From contig DAHXON010000004.1 in NCBI GenBank assembly GCA_027364875.1, forward strand, positions 15,089 to 79,088: 64,000 nt of DNA, given 5' to 3'. The notes beneath the pieces were generated by a model. That model did not search any database and was not told the origin of the DNA. It was given only the letters and a program-made list of their open reading frames with translations. Within the stretch, counting starts at the first letter, position 1, and each line of letters opens with the position of its first letter. The position numbers and the translations under genes are program-made. Origin of the DNA: Chloroflexota bacterium (GTDB taxonomy: Bacteria > Chloroflexota > Limnocylindria > Limnocylindrales > CSP1-4). This document shows positions 10,236 to 20,734 of this stretch, one piece after another.

Positions 10236-11648
10236 CTACTCGCGAGCCTTCGCCAACCGCTCCATGATCAACGGCTTGACCTGGCTCAGGTCGACCCGGA
10301 TCTGCTCCATCGAGTCGCGGTCGCGGACCGTGGCCTTGCCGTCCTCGAGCGACTCAACGTCCACCGTCACGCACCATGGCGTTCCGATCTCGTCCTGGCG
10401 CCGGTACAGCTTGCCGATCGCGGCCGTGTCGTCGTAGACCGCGAGCATGTCCTTCGCCAGGTCGTCGCGGAGGGCGTGGCACTTCGCCACGATCTCGTCG
10501 CGCTTCTTGAGGAGCGGCAGGACGGCTACCTTGTAGGGGGCGAGGTCGGGGTTGAGTCCGAGGACCACGCGCTTCTCGCCGCGTACCTCTTCCTCGCGAT
10601 ACGCGTCGATGAGGAACGTGAACGCCGCCCGGTCGCCGCCGGCCGACGTTTCCACGATCCACGGCACGTAGTGCTCTTCGGTGGCCGGATCGAAGTACTC
10701 GAGGTTCTCTCCGGTGGCTTCCTGGTGACGGCCGAGGTCCCAGTCGCCGCGGTTGTGGATGCCCTCGAGCTCCTTCCAGCCGAACGGGAAGCGGTACTCG
10801 ACGTCCCAGGCCTCCTTGGCGTAGTGGGCCAGCTCGTCGGGGCGATGCTGGCGGAAGCGAAGCCGGGCGGGAGTAACGCCGTATCGCTCGTACCAGGCCT
10901 TCCGGCGAGGCTTCCACTCGTTGAACACCGCGGCGGCGGTTTCGGGCTTGACGAAGTACTGCATCTCCATCTGCTCGAACTCGCGCATCCGGAAGACGAA
11001 GTTGCCCGGGCTGATCTCGTTGCGGAAGGCTTTGCCGATCTGGGCGATGCCGAACGGGAGTTTCTTGCGGCTGGTCTCCCGGACGTTTCGGAAGTTGACG
11101 TAGATCCCCTGGGCCGTCTCCGGCCGGAGGTAGACCTGGGCAGCCTCTTCCTCGACCGGGCCCATGTACGTCTTGAACATCAGGTTGAAGCGGCGCGGAG
11201 CCGAGAGCGGACCGGCGTCGACGGGGCACTTGAGGCCAAGGCGGTCGACGACGGTCGGGTCGGAGAGCTCCGTGTTGGTCAGGTTCTCGGCGCCGGGCAG
11301 CTCGTCGAGGCGGAAGCGGCGACGGCAGGTCTGGCACTCGACCAGCGGGTCGGTGAAGTTGGCGACGTGGCCGGAGGTGACCCAGACCTGGGGCGCCATG
11401 ATGATGCTGGCATCCAGGCCGACGATGTCCTCGCGCTCCTGGACCATCGCCCGCCACCAGGCTCGCTTGACGTTGTTCTTGAGCTCCACGCCGAGTGGCC
11501 CGTAGTCCCACACGGCATTGATGCCGCCGTAGATCTCCGAGCTCGGGAAGATGAAACCGCGCCGCTTCGACAGCGAGACGATGGTGTCCAGGTTGGCGAC
11601 GGACGGTCCCGGATCCTCGGCCGGGGTTGTCGGGTTGACGGCGGTCAC
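10236..11648 (-). CDS. glyQS: Glycyl-tRNA synthetase (class II, dimeric GlyQS type)
   Basis: 470-aa protein with [10 protein letters not shown] and [23 protein letters not shown] motifs and a C-terminal anticodon-binding domain. GTG start at 11648, after the GGAGAAGACC RBS. The longer ORF reaching 12374 is an artefact. Confidence 0.9.
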   Translation of the reverse strand: MTAVNPTTPAEDPGPSVANLDTIVSLSKRRGFIFPSSEIYGGINAVWDYGPLGVELKNNVKRAWWRAMVQEREDIVGLDASIIMAPQVWVTSGHVANFTDPLVECQTCRRRFRLDELPGAENLTNTELSDPTVVDRLGLKCPVDAGPLSAPRRFNLMFKTYMGPVEEEAAQVYLRPETAQGIYVNFRNVRETSRKKLPFGIAQIGKAFRNEISPGNFVFRMREFEQMEMQYFVKPETAAAVFNEWKPRRKAWYERYGVTPARLRFRQHRPDELAHYAKEAWDVEYRFPFGWKELEGIHNRGDWDLGRHQEATGENLEYFDPATEEHYVPWIVETSAGGDRAAFTFLIDAYREEEVRGEKRVVLGLNPDLAPYKVAVLPLLKKRDEIVAKCHALRDDLAKDMLAVYDDTAAIGKLYRRQDEIGTPWCVTVDVESLEDGKATVRDRDSMEQIRVDLSQVKPLIMERLAKARE

Positions 11649-11870
11649 GGTCTTCTCCTGAGCGCAGGCGCTCGACCACTGGCATGGGCCGATTGCCTGG
11701 GCGGGTATTCTCGCACACGCTTCGGCCCGCGGGCCCGAGCCCGAGCGCGAGCTCGACCCGAGCCGGACCCGAGGGGCTGCGCCGCTCGCCAGGCGCCAAT
11801 AGATAAGGAAACCTAGCGCCCCTTCCCGATCGATCGCGCTATCCTCATGCGGCCCGGAGGTGCGACTGCG

Positions 11871-12377
11871 ATGAGCTCGGTCAAGCAGTCCAGACAATCC
11901 GTCCGGCCGCAGGCGGCCACGATCCTCCTCGTCGAGGACGATCCGCTGGTGGCGGCCTCGACATCGGCGTGGCTTCGAAGGCTCGGCTACCACGTTATCG
12001 TGTCCGCCGACGGGAAGTCGGCCAGTGAGCTCGCGGCCAAACGGACCGAGCCAATCGACCTTCTCCTGACAGACGTGATGCTGCCGGGCATGCGTGGCCC
12101 TGTTCTCGCCGGCGTCATCAGAAGCCGGCATCCGGAGATGGCGGTCCTGTTCAGCTCCGGCTACTCGCCGGAGCTCGTCGGCGAGCTGTTCACGGCCCAT
12201 GCCAACAGGGCGACGCTGCTTCGCAAGCCCTACGATGCGGACCAGCTCGCCGCCCAGGTCCGCCTTGCCCTGGCCCGCAAAGCGCGGGGCATGAGGGTGC
12301 CCGACACGCCGATCCGGCGACCCGCGGGTCCGGGCGCAGCCACAAGAGATCCCGAATCGACGACGACGCGACACTAG
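11871..12377 (+). CDS. Stand-alone receiver-domain response regulator
   Basis: ILLVEDDPLVAAS...IDLLLTDVMLPGMRG...LFSSGY receiver motifs. GGAGG RBS 10 nt before the ATG at 11871. Confidence 0.7.
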   Translation: MSSVKQSRQSVRPQAATILLVEDDPLVAASTSAWLRRLGYHVIVSADGKSASELAAKRTEPIDLLLTDVMLPGMRGPVLAGVIRSRHPEMAVLFSSGYSPELVGELFTAHANRATLLRKPYDADQLAAQVRLALARKARGMRVPDTPIRRPAGPGAATRDPESTTTRH

Positions 12378-12428
12378 CGGGCGGTCCGGAAGCCCCCCGG
12401 AACGTGCTCGCGGTCAACCGGCGGAGCC

Positions 12429-13340
12429 GTGGATCGCGCGGGCGTGCATCATTGCGTGGTTGCGATCAGACCACGCGGTCTGGGCAAGCCTGCCTACCTG
12501 GAGTCCAGGTGCCGGCGTGCCCTCGAAGTGGACAACCTTCAAGAAATGAGTCCGGCCATGCAGACGACCGACGACGACGCGACTCCAACCAGGGACAAGG
12601 AGACCCCGACCGAGGACGAGACGGGCCAATCGAACGGCTTCGACGACTCCGCATCCGAGGTCGGAACGGCGCCGGCCGAAGACGGCGAGGTGGCGCCGGT
12701 CGACGAGGGGGAGGTGGCGCCGGCCCGGCCGGTGACGACGACCGTGAGCCACCCGGGCCTCGGAGAGGCCACGGGAATCCTCGACAACCGCGAAAAGACC
12801 CGGCGCGATCTCTTGATAGCGGCGCTGACCGCGGCGATAGGCCTGCTTGGGTTGGTCATGGGCATCGGGGATGCCAGCAACGGGGACGAGGTGGGCCTCC
12901 TCTTCGCCGGCATCGGCCTGATCCTGCTGGCCTACGGGCTGAACGAGCTCCGGGCGGGCGCGGCGCGGATGATGCGGCCGGTGCGGCTCGTGGTCGCGGA
13001 TCGTGGCTTCGACTTTCCGTCGGGCCTGGGCCCGATTACCTGGGACGAGATCGCGGCCGTCGGCTTCGAGGACTTTCCTGAGAACGGCCAGCCCACCGTG
13101 CTGAGGGCGCGGGTGCGGGCGCCCGACGAGTTCGCCGAACGTCATGCCCTGACGAATCGGGCGCGAAACCGGCTGCTGAGCCGGGACGGCTGGATCGCGA
13201 TCGGCGGGGGCATGGCCATGCCGCTCGAGGAGGTCCTGGGAATGATGAAGGAACGACTGGGGCAGTCTCGCGGACGGACCCGACCCGACGGCGCGGCGTC
13301 CGGGCGACACAGACACACGAGCCGGACGTCGCGCCACTGA
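12429..13340 (+). CDS. Hypothetical membrane protein with an acidic N-terminal region and a central 2-TM segment
   Basis: An acidic stretch (TDDDATPTRDKETPTEDETGQ) precedes hydrophobic LLIAALTAAIGLLGLVMGIGD and LLFAGIGLILLAYGL segments. Start ambiguous: GTG at 12429 or ATG at 12546. Confidence 0.4.
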   Translation: MDRAGVHHCVVAIRPRGLGKPAYLESRCRRALEVDNLQEMSPAMQTTDDDATPTRDKETPTEDETGQSNGFDDSASEVGTAPAEDGEVAPVDEGEVAPARPVTTTVSHPGLGEATGILDNREKTRRDLLIAALTAAIGLLGLVMGIGDASNGDEVGLLFAGIGLILLAYGLNELRAGAARMMRPVRLVVADRGFDFPSGLGPITWDEIAAVGFEDFPENGQPTVLRARVRAPDEFAERHALTNRARNRLLSRDGWIAIGGGMAMPLEEVLGMMKERLGQSRGRTRPDGAASGRHRHTSRTSRH

Positions 13341-13389
13341 GCTCGGACGAAACGGGCGGCTGCTGTGACGACGCGGGTCGGCGGAGCCG

Positions 13390-14196
13390 TCAGCCGGGCT
13401 TCCGACTCGCTCGCGCCTTCGGGTCGTCGATCGGGCCCGCGTGCCTCACCTCGTCGAGGAAGCCGAGCGATCGAGCCTCCCGTTCAAGTGAGATGCGCAG
13501 GAAGTCGCGCATCGCCTGCTCGACCTCGCGTTCGACCTCGGCGGGGAGCCGCAAGCCGGCCAGCGCTTCGACGTCCATCCGCTGGTAGGCCTTGAGGAGC
13601 TTGAGCCCGTCGAGGGACAGCCCGGTCCGCTCCTCGGGCGGGCCGGGGCAGCGGTAGCAGAGGACGCCGCCGAGGGGCGGCACCCAGCGGAAGCGTTCGT
13701 CCGCCTCCAGCATTCGGTCGCATTCGACACAGCGGTCGACCTCTGGCCGGACGCCGAGCTCATCCGCGAGATGCATCTCGTACCAGCGCGCCACGCGTCC
13801 GGGGTCCATACCTTCGTCCAGGAGCTCGTACGAGCGCCGCAGGAGCGCGTACAGGCCTTCGGCCTCGTGGCGCTCCTCTATGGATCGGTCCGCCAGCTCC
13901 GCGAGGTACCAGGCCGTCGCCGCGCTCTCCAGCGAATCGCGCAGGCGCAGCCACGCCCGCCCGACCTCGACCTGGGTAACGACGTCGAAGGTACGGCCTC
14001 GGGCGAGCGCGACGCGCAACTCGGCGAGAGGCTCCAGGGCGCCGCCCAGCCGGCTGGTCGGCCGCCGGACCCCTTTGGCGATCGCCTTGAGCTTGCCGTA
14101 CTCGGGGGTGAACAGCGTCATGATCCGGTCCGCTTCGCCGTAATCGAAGCGCGACAGGACGATTGCGTCGGTTACGTAGAGGCGAGGCGCGGGCAC
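13390..14196 (-). CDS. recO: DNA repair protein RecO
   Basis: N-terminal OB fold LYVTDAIVLSRFDYGEADRIMTLFTPEYGKLKAIAKG and zinc-finger CVECDR...CYRCP. Confidence 0.85.
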   Translation of the reverse strand: MPAPRLYVTDAIVLSRFDYGEADRIMTLFTPEYGKLKAIAKGVRRPTSRLGGALEPLAELRVALARGRTFDVVTQVEVGRAWLRLRDSLESAATAWYLAELADRSIEERHEAEGLYALLRRSYELLDEGMDPGRVARWYEMHLADELGVRPEVDRCVECDRMLEADERFRWVPPLGGVLCYRCPGPPEERTGLSLDGLKLLKAYQRMDVEALAGLRLPAEVEREVEQAMRDFLRISLEREARSLGFLDEVRHAGPIDDPKARASRKPG

Positions 14197-14270
14197 CCGC
14201 TCACGCTACCACTTGCGCCCGCGCACGGCCCCGCCGGAGAGGTACCGCGGACACCGTTCGCGGCGCGAGA

Positions 14271-14843
14271 TCAGATCCGCCGGTCGTACGTGGCCAGCCG
14301 CGGGGACGATTCCGCCTGCCCGAGAACCAGCGTGTGAACCCACTCGGAGAGCCGCCGGCCAAGGCGCAGGCAGGCTTCCCGATCCGCCTCGTCGCGCGGG
14401 CGTCCGGCGCAGACCGCGCCGTAGTGGAGCGTTCGACCCGGGGCCACGTAGTCCGGCACGCCGAAGGTCAGGAAGCCGAAGTTCATCAGCACGGTGAGGA
14501 GGGCCAGGCAGGTCAGCTCACCGCCGCCCTCGAGACCTCCGGACGACGAGAACGCGCAGCCGATCTTGCCCTCGAGCTTTGGCCAGAGCGGCGTCACCAT
14601 GTCGTCGAGGAACTTCTTCATCTGCCACGACATGGTGCCAAGACAGGTAGGCGAGCCGAGCGCGACGCCGTCGCACCAGCTGAGGTCGTCTTCGGTGGCC
14701 TCGGCGATGCTTCGCAGCCGAACGGTCGTTCCGGGCACCGCCTCGGCGCCCCCGGCCACGAGATCGGCCATGAGGCCGGTATTGCCGGTCTCGGAGTGGT
14801 AGAGCACGAGGACGTGGGCGTTTCGCTCTTCTTGTGTCTGCAT
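14271..14843 (-). CDS. WrbA-like flavodoxin-fold NAD(P)H:quinone oxidoreductase
   Basis: HVLVLYHSETGNTGLMADLVAGG and GSPTCLGTMSWQMKKFLD motifs. ATG start at 14843; the longer upstream extension is probably not translated. Confidence 0.7.
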   Translation of the reverse strand: MQTQEERNAHVLVLYHSETGNTGLMADLVAGGAEAVPGTTVRLRSIAEATEDDLSWCDGVALGSPTCLGTMSWQMKKFLDDMVTPLWPKLEGKIGCAFSSSGGLEGGGELTCLALLTVLMNFGFLTFGVPDYVAPGRTLHYGAVCAGRPRDEADREACLRLGRRLSEWVHTLVLGQAESSPRLATYDRRI

Positions 14844-14935
14844 GCTCGCGATGATATCGGGCGGTAGCGGGCTCAAAGGGAGCCGTGCGGTGACATCTGA
14901 GCGGCCCGAAGGGCACCTCCTGATATGCTCCGGCC

Positions 14936-15532
14936 ATGACCGACGAGACCTCCGCCGCCCGGCCCGTCCCCGCTCCACGAACCGATCGAACCCGGATCCG
15001 CCGGCACGCCGACCGCGCCGTCCCCGAGCGGATCGAGGAGTTCCTGCTTCGCGGCGAGGTGGCGCACGTGGCCCTGGTGGATGGCGGCGAGCCGCGACTC
15101 ATCCCGTTCCTGTATCACTACGAGGCCGGCCACATCTACCTGCACGGCTCGCCGGGCAACGCCACTCTCCGGCTCCTCCGCGATGGACGGAGCGTCGTCG
15201 TGGCCGTCACGTCGCTCGTGGACCTGATCGCCTCGAAGACCGCGGCCGACCACTCCGCCAACTACCGCAGCGTGGTGGCGTACGGCCGCGGCCGGCAGAT
15301 CGCCGACGTCGCGGAGAAACGCCGCGTCCTCGAGGCCATGACCGTCCGCTACTTCCCGGGTCGTGAGCCCGGCCGCGACTACACCGCCGCCTCGGACGAG
15401 GATCTCGCCGGGATGGAGCTGACCGACGTCGAGGTGGACGAGGCATCGGCCAAGATGCGCGACGCCGGTCCCCTCGGACCGCACGACGACGACCCCAACT
15501 TCCCCGGCAGCGCTTTCGTCAGGCCCGCTTAG
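14936..15532 (+). CDS. Pyridoxamine 5'-phosphate oxidase-like FMN-binding split-barrel protein
   Basis: VAHVALVDGGEPRLIPFLYHYEAGHIYLHGSPGNATLRLL split-barrel signature. Confidence 0.65.
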   Translation: MTDETSAARPVPAPRTDRTRIRRHADRAVPERIEEFLLRGEVAHVALVDGGEPRLIPFLYHYEAGHIYLHGSPGNATLRLLRDGRSVVVAVTSLVDLIASKTAADHSANYRSVVAYGRGRQIADVAEKRRVLEAMTVRYFPGREPGRDYTAASDEDLAGMELTDVEVDEASAKMRDAGPLGPHDDDPNFPGSAFVRPA

Positions 15533-15760
15533 GTCTGCGTCGCCGAAGGGGGGCGGGCCGGCGAGAGCACGCGCGGCAATTTCGGGACCAAAGCCTCTGT
15601 CCGGGCGGTTGCGCAATCCAGAATCCTGACCGGGCACGGGGGAGCTTTGAGGCACGGCCCCTTGAGGTGGCCGCCCGGCTGTGCCGAGCCACTGGCGAAA
15701 CCGACCCGTTCAATGGCGCACGCCACTCGAAGTGGATGCTGCGTGGCGGGGAGGCATCGC

Positions 15761-16162
15761 ATGCGCTTCATACAGGAATCGGGGTTCACGACTCGGCCGG
15801 GCAAGTACGTGGAGCTCCAGGAGTGGGTCAAGGCAAACCAGGCCAGGTTTGCCGCTTCATATCCCGAAGGTGTCAGCCTCATCGGCATCTTCACGGTCAC
15901 GTTCACCTCCGAGAAACAGGCCGGCGAGGTCCAGATACTCGAACAGCTCGACAGCTACGGCGCGCTCGACCGGATGGCGGCCCTGCACAAGGATGCCGGC
16001 AGCGAGTTCACCAGGCTCTACCACGAGTTCTTCTCGTTCGTGGACATCAGCCCCACGGCGGGCTGGTCCCAGTCGCTGCTGAAGGACATCGTGGACGCCA
16101 CGATCTACGATTTCGCGGCCGAGGACGAGCCGAGCAAGGAAGCCGTCGGCACCGGGAGCTGA
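15761..16162 (+). CDS. Hypothetical protein (133 aa)
   Basis: ORF co-directional with, and 87 bp upstream of, the polyprenyl synthase gene. No family recognised. Start taken at the internal ATG (MRFIQESG). Confidence 0.35.
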   Translation: MRFIQESGFTTRPGKYVELQEWVKANQARFAASYPEGVSLIGIFTVTFTSEKQAGEVQILEQLDSYGALDRMAALHKDAGSEFTRLYHEFFSFVDISPTAGWSQSLLKDIVDATIYDFAAEDEPSKEAVGTGS

Positions 16163-16248
16163 CGCAGCCAGGCACGCTCCGTGGTTCCAATGGGCGGCGC
16201 GCGGAGCATCGCGAGCGGTTTCTGAAAGCCGCTTGCTATGATCCGCGC

Positions 16249-17262
16249 GTGGACACAATCGTCACCTTGCCCGAACTGATCTCCGCGACGGAGCAGGAGA
16301 TACTCCGCCTCGTTTCGGACCGGGACGTCCCCACGTCCGGCCTGTACGCCATGTGCCGCTACCACCTGGGGCTGGACGGCAGCGGGTCTTCCGGCAAGCG
16401 GATCAGACCGCTCCTGGGCCTCCTGACCTACGCATCCATCGCCGGCGACTACCGCCAGGCGCTCCCCGGTGCCGCGGCCGTGGAGCTCGGCCACAACTTC
16501 AGCCTCGTCCACGACGACATCGAGGACGGCGACCGCGAGCGACGCCACCGGCCGACTCTCTGGGCCATCCACGGCATTCCCCAGGCGATCAACGCCGGTG
16601 ATCTGCTGTTCACCCTGAGCCGCAAGGCGCTCCACCGCCTGACGGACCTCGGCTTCTCGGATTCCAAGGTCCTGAGGCTCATGAAGCTGCACGACGACAC
16701 CTGCCTGGCGCTGTGCGAGGGCCAGTACCTCGACATCTGGTCGAGCGAGCGAGCCGACCCGGTCTCCGTGGAGCTCTACTTCGACATGATCGGCCGGAAG
16801 ACGGCGGCGCTGATAGCCGCGTCGGTCGAGGCGGGCGCGGTCCTGGCCACCGACGACGAGCACGTCATTGCCCGGTATCGAGCCTTCGGTTGGGCGCTCG
16901 GCATCGCCTTCCAGCTCAACGACGATCTACTGGGGATCTGGGGCGACCCGAGCAAGACGGGCAAGGCACCCACAGACATCGCCCGCCACAAGAAGACGCT
17001 GCCCCTCATCCACGGCTTCGAGCACGCCAATCCAGGGCAACGCGAACGCCTTCTGGCAATCTGGCAGACCGAATCACCATCCGATGCCGAGGTCGCCGAA
17101 GCCGTGGCCCTGCTCGAGACCCTCGGCAGTCGCGACTTCACCCGCGATCAGGCCCGCCGGTACCGGGACACCGCTCTCGCCGAACTGTCGGCGGCCGGAA
17201 TCGTCGATGCCGAGGCCCTCAACTCGTTGCGCGACATCATCGTGGGCGTAATCAAGGCATAG
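16249..17262 (+). CDS. trans-Polyprenyl diphosphate synthase (GGPP/long-chain type)
   Basis: First Asp-rich motif LVHDDIEDGD, second FQLNDDLLG, and KRIRPLL substrate motif. GTG start at 16249 inferred; upstream in-frame sequence is non-homologous. Confidence 0.8.
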   Translation: MDTIVTLPELISATEQEILRLVSDRDVPTSGLYAMCRYHLGLDGSGSSGKRIRPLLGLLTYASIAGDYRQALPGAAAVELGHNFSLVHDDIEDGDRERRHRPTLWAIHGIPQAINAGDLLFTLSRKALHRLTDLGFSDSKVLRLMKLHDDTCLALCEGQYLDIWSSERADPVSVELYFDMIGRKTAALIAASVEAGAVLATDDEHVIARYRAFGWALGIAFQLNDDLLGIWGDPSKTGKAPTDIARHKKTLPLIHGFEHANPGQRERLLAIWQTESPSDAEVAEAVALLETLGSRDFTRDQARRYRDTALAELSAAGIVDAEALNSLRDIIVGVIKA

Positions 17263-17306
17263 CCCTTCGCGGCCGCGCCGCCGCGCGGCATGGCCCAGAG
17301 CCGGTG

Positions 17307-18674
17307 CTAGCGGGCGGCGCCCCGGGCCGACTCGCCGTTCGCTCCCGTACCGTCGGCTTCCTGATCCGCAGGATGCCTTCGGACGAGAACCTTGCCGACG
17401 CGCCGGCCGTCGGTGACCTCGACCGTCAGCGTCAGCCCATGGTCCGGCAGCTCGATCCGATCTCCCGGCCGCGGCACGCCGCCGATCCGGTGGTATATCA
17501 GCCCGCCGACCGTGTCGTATTCGTCGGCGTCTTCCAGGCCGGCGAGATCGATGTCGAACAGCTCGCCCAGGTCGTCCACGGAAGCCCGGCCGTCTATCCG
17601 CGCCTCCGTGTCGGAAAGCTTGACCGTCAGCGGCTCCTCAGTGTCGTACTCGTCCTGGATCTCGCCGACGATCTCCTCGAGCAGGTCCTCGATCGTGACC
17701 ATGCCCGCCGTGCCGCCGTACTCGTCCAGGACGATCGCCAGGTGGACCTTGCGTCCCTGGATCTTGTGGAGCAGATCGTCGACGGACATCGACTCCGGGA
17801 CGTAGAGCGGGGTCCGGAGGAGCTTGCGGAGGTCCGGCTTCTGGCCTCCCTTGAGGAAGGGCAGAAGGTCCTTGGCGTAGAGGACGCCGACCACTTCGTC
17901 GACGGACTTCCGGTACACGGGAATCCGGCTGTGGCCCTCGGCGATGAACGTGTCGATGACCTCGTCCATCGCGGCCGTTAGCGGCAGGGCGGTCATCTCC
18001 GTGCGCGGCACCATGATCTCGTGGACCCTGCGATCGCCGAGCTCGATGACGGCGCTGATCATCTGCTCTTCCTCGGCTTCGAGGACGCCCTGCTCCCCTC
18101 CCCGCTCCACGATCAGCCGCAGCTCCTCGGCGGTGATCTGGGCGCGGCCAATGACCGACTCGCCGCCCAGCGCGCCGGCCACCTTGCGGGTCGTCCAGGT
18201 CAGCAGGCTCACGATGGGCGCGAGGATACGGCCGAGCAGATCCACCGGGCCGGCCAGCGTAAGCGCGGTCCGATCGGGGTGGGCAAGAGCGAGAGATTTG
18301 GGGACCAGCTCGCCGAAGACGATGGTGAAGGCAGCAAGGAGGCTCGTGACCACGATGACGGCCACCCCGACGGCGTAATCCTTGAGAACCGGAACGTCCG
18401 CGAAGGCACTCGCAAGCCTGTCGGCAAGGTTGACGGCCGCATAGGCTGAGGCAAGGAAGCCCACGAAGGTGACGCCGATCTGGACGACCGCCAGGAACCT
18501 GGTCGGATCCTCGATCAGCCGCCTGACGGTCCGTGCGCCGCGTTGTCCCTCGTCGATGAGCTGCTCGGCCCGAGTCCGGCGCATCGTCACCAGGGCGATC
18601 TCCGCCGCAACGAAGACGGCCTCGAGCAAGATCAGGATCAGGACGACCAGCAGCTGGAGGATCACATCGTTCAT
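17307..18674 (-). CDS. CNNM/CorC/HlyC-family transporter (DUF21-CBS pair-CorC_HlyC)
   Basis: N-terminal DUF21 TM domain with the AAEIALVTMRRTRAEQL motif, tandem CBS domains, and a C-terminal CorC_HlyC transporter-associated domain. Confidence 0.85.
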   Translation of the reverse strand: MNDVILQLLVVLILILLEAVFVAAEIALVTMRRTRAEQLIDEGQRGARTVRRLIEDPTRFLAVVQIGVTFVGFLASAYAAVNLADRLASAFADVPVLKDYAVGVAVIVVTSLLAAFTIVFGELVPKSLALAHPDRTALTLAGPVDLLGRILAPIVSLLTWTTRKVAGALGGESVIGRAQITAEELRLIVERGGEQGVLEAEEEQMISAVIELGDRRVHEIMVPRTEMTALPLTAAMDEVIDTFIAEGHSRIPVYRKSVDEVVGVLYAKDLLPFLKGGQKPDLRKLLRTPLYVPESMSVDDLLHKIQGRKVHLAIVLDEYGGTAGMVTIEDLLEEIVGEIQDEYDTEEPLTVKLSDTEARIDGRASVDDLGELFDIDLAGLEDADEYDTVGGLIYHRIGGVPRPGDRIELPDHGLTLTVEVTDGRRVGKVLVRRHPADQEADGTGANGESARGAAR

Positions 18675-20146
18675 CGAGTGACCGGTTCGGCTCCCTGCGC
18701 TCCGGGCGCCTCGGGCACGGCCGGCGCCTCGGGCGTGGCCGGCTCCTCGGCCGGCGGCGAGGCAGCGGCGCGCGGTTTGCGCAGCCGTGCGGGAACGCCC
18801 ACCGCGAGCATGCCCGCGGGTACATCCCGAGTAACCACGGCCCCGGCCCCTGTCCTGGCGCCGTCACCGAGTTCCACGGGCGCCACCAGCATCGTGTCGG
18901 AGCCGATGAAGACGTTCTTGCCGATCCGCGTCTTGTGCTTGCGCACGCCGTCGTAGTTGCAGGTGATCGAGCCCGCGCCGACGTTCGTCCGCTCGCCCAC
19001 CTCCGCGTCGCCGATGTAGCTGAAATGGTGCTGCTGGACGCCCGGCTCCAGGCGGCTGGCCTTTACCTCGGCGAAGTTGCCGAGCCTGGCCTTCCGGCCG
19101 ATCGAAGACCCGGGCCGCAGGTGCGAGAACGGCCCGATCTGGACCTCGTCCTCAACCTCGGAGGATTCGAGCACGCTGGCCCAGACCAGGCAGTCCCGGC
19201 CGACGACGGTGTCGATGATCTGGGAACCGGCGCCGATCCGCGTGCCCTCGCCGATCCGCGTCTTGCCGCGAAGGATGACGCCGGGCTCGAGCACCACGTC
19301 GGGTGCCAGCTCGACCGCGAAGTCGACATACGTCCGGAGCGGATCGACGATCGTCACGCCTTCGATCATGTGGCGCTCGTTGATCGACAAACGAAGGTCC
19401 AGCTCCGCCTCGGCTAGCTGCGAACGGTCGTTGATGCCGGAAAGAGTCCCGTCATCCTCGACCTCGACGGAGACGACCGCCCGGCGATCCTCGCGGGCAA
19501 GGACGACCAGGGCGGGCAGGTAGAACTCGCCCGACACGGGCGACGGCTTGACGTCGGCGATCCGGCGTCGCAGCCAGGCGGCGTCGAATGCGTAGACACC
19601 CGCGTTGACCTCGTCGATCTCGAGCTCCTCGGGCGTCGCGTCCTTCTGCTCGACGATCCGCAGCACCTGGCCGCCGTCGTCGCTTCTGACCACTCGACCC
19701 AGGCCCGTGGGGTTTACGGAGTGGACGGCGACCACGGCCATTGCGGCGTTGCGGGCCCGGCGCAAGTCGACCAGCTCGGCGAGCAGATCGGACTGGACCA
19801 GCGGCACGTCGCCGGAGAGGACCAGGATCTCACCGACCTCCTCGGGCGCCACTGCCAGGGCGGCTCGGACGGCGTCAGCGGTGCCGAGCGGCATCTCCTG
19901 GATCGCGAAATCGGCCTCGTCGCCGAACGTCTCCGTCACCTCGGCGGTGGCGGGCGAGTAAACGACGAGCGGCCGCCTGCCTCCTACCTCGCGCGCGGCG
20001 TCGAGGACGTAGGCGAGCATCGGCCGCCCGCACAGCTCGTGGAGAACCTTGGGGGTGCGGGACTTCATGCGGGTCCCCAGGCCCGCGGCCAGGATAACGG
20101 GCAGTACCGCGTCCGAGGTGTTGCTCATGCCACGTGACGGTAGCAC
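18671..20146 (-). CDS. glmU: Bifunctional UDP-GlcNAc pyrophosphorylase / GlcN-1-P N-acetyltransferase
   Basis: VILAAGLGTRMKSRTPKVLHELCGRPML N-terminus and left-handed beta-helix hexapeptide repeats. A ~40-aa Pro/Ala-rich C-terminal tail is present. The start overlaps the downstream gene by 4 bp. Confidence 0.9.
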   Translation of the reverse strand: MLPSRGMSNTSDAVLPVILAAGLGTRMKSRTPKVLHELCGRPMLAYVLDAAREVGGRRPLVVYSPATAEVTETFGDEADFAIQEMPLGTADAVRAALAVAPEEVGEILVLSGDVPLVQSDLLAELVDLRRARNAAMAVVAVHSVNPTGLGRVVRSDDGGQVLRIVEQKDATPEELEIDEVNAGVYAFDAAWLRRRIADVKPSPVSGEFYLPALVVLAREDRRAVVSVEVEDDGTLSGINDRSQLAEAELDLRLSINERHMIEGVTIVDPLRTYVDFAVELAPDVVLEPGVILRGKTRIGEGTRIGAGSQIIDTVVGRDCLVWASVLESSEVEDEVQIGPFSHLRPGSSIGRKARLGNFAEVKASRLEPGVQQHHFSYIGDAEVGERTNVGAGSITCNYDGVRKHKTRIGKNVFIGSDTMLVAPVELGDGARTGAGAVVTRDVPAGMLAVGVPARLRKPRAAASPPAEEPATPEAPAVPEAPGAQGAEPVTR

Positions 20147-20270
20147 GGATATACCCGTCCGAGGGGCCGTCCGGCGATTCGACCGGCCGGCGTGCCGGCG
20201 AACGGATGGGCGGGGGCGGCCACGAGACGCTCCGCCGTCCGGGGTTCAGCTGCTGTCGATGGGGCAGGCT

Positions 20271-20657
20271 TCACCGGCCGGTCCGCCTCGCGATCGCCTC
20301 GATCTCAACCTGTGCGCTGCGAGGTAGCGCCGCAACCTGCACGGTGCTCCGCGCCGGGGCCGGATCCGCGAAATGCCTCGAATAGACGGCGTTCACCGTC
20401 GCGAAGCTGGCCATGTCCGCGAGGAAGATGGTCGTCTTGGCCACGTCACCGGTCGTCAGACCCGCGGCGGCCAGAACCGCCTCCAGGTTGAGCAGGGCGC
20501 GCTCAGTCTGGCTCTCGACGCCGTCGAGCAGCTGGCCGGTCACGGGATCGAGCCCGAGCTGGCCCGAGCAGAAAACGAAACCGTCGACTTCCACGGCCTG
20601 GCTGTACGGCCCGATCGCGGCCGGCGCCGATTCTGTGGAAACCTCCTTGCGCGTCAT
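20271..20657 (-). CDS. ridA: RidA/YjgF-family reactive intermediate deaminase
   Basis: APAAIGPYSQAV...GQLGLDPVTGQL...PARSTVQVAALP signature. Confidence 0.85.
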   Translation of the reverse strand: MTRKEVSTESAPAAIGPYSQAVEVDGFVFCSGQLGLDPVTGQLLDGVESQTERALLNLEAVLAAAGLTTGDVAKTTIFLADMASFATVNAVYSRHFADPAPARSTVQVAALPRSAQVEIEAIARRTGR

Positions 20658-20734
20658 CGAGTTCGTCTCCTCCTTCTATCTCGGCCGCGGCCGCGTGAGC
20701 GGCGAATTCCGCCAATGTGGCGAACGCCGCCTGC

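Noticed and set aside
10218-11816. 532-aa plus-strand ORF antisense to glyQS
   Set aside because: Antisense shadow ORF with no motifs.
10236-12374. 712-aa ORF extending glyQS upstream across the receiver gene
   Set aside because: Only the C-terminal 470 aa are GlyRS-like and begin at a GTG with an RBS. The upstream part is an absence-of-stops artefact of high GC, and it overlaps a well-supported plus-strand receiver gene.
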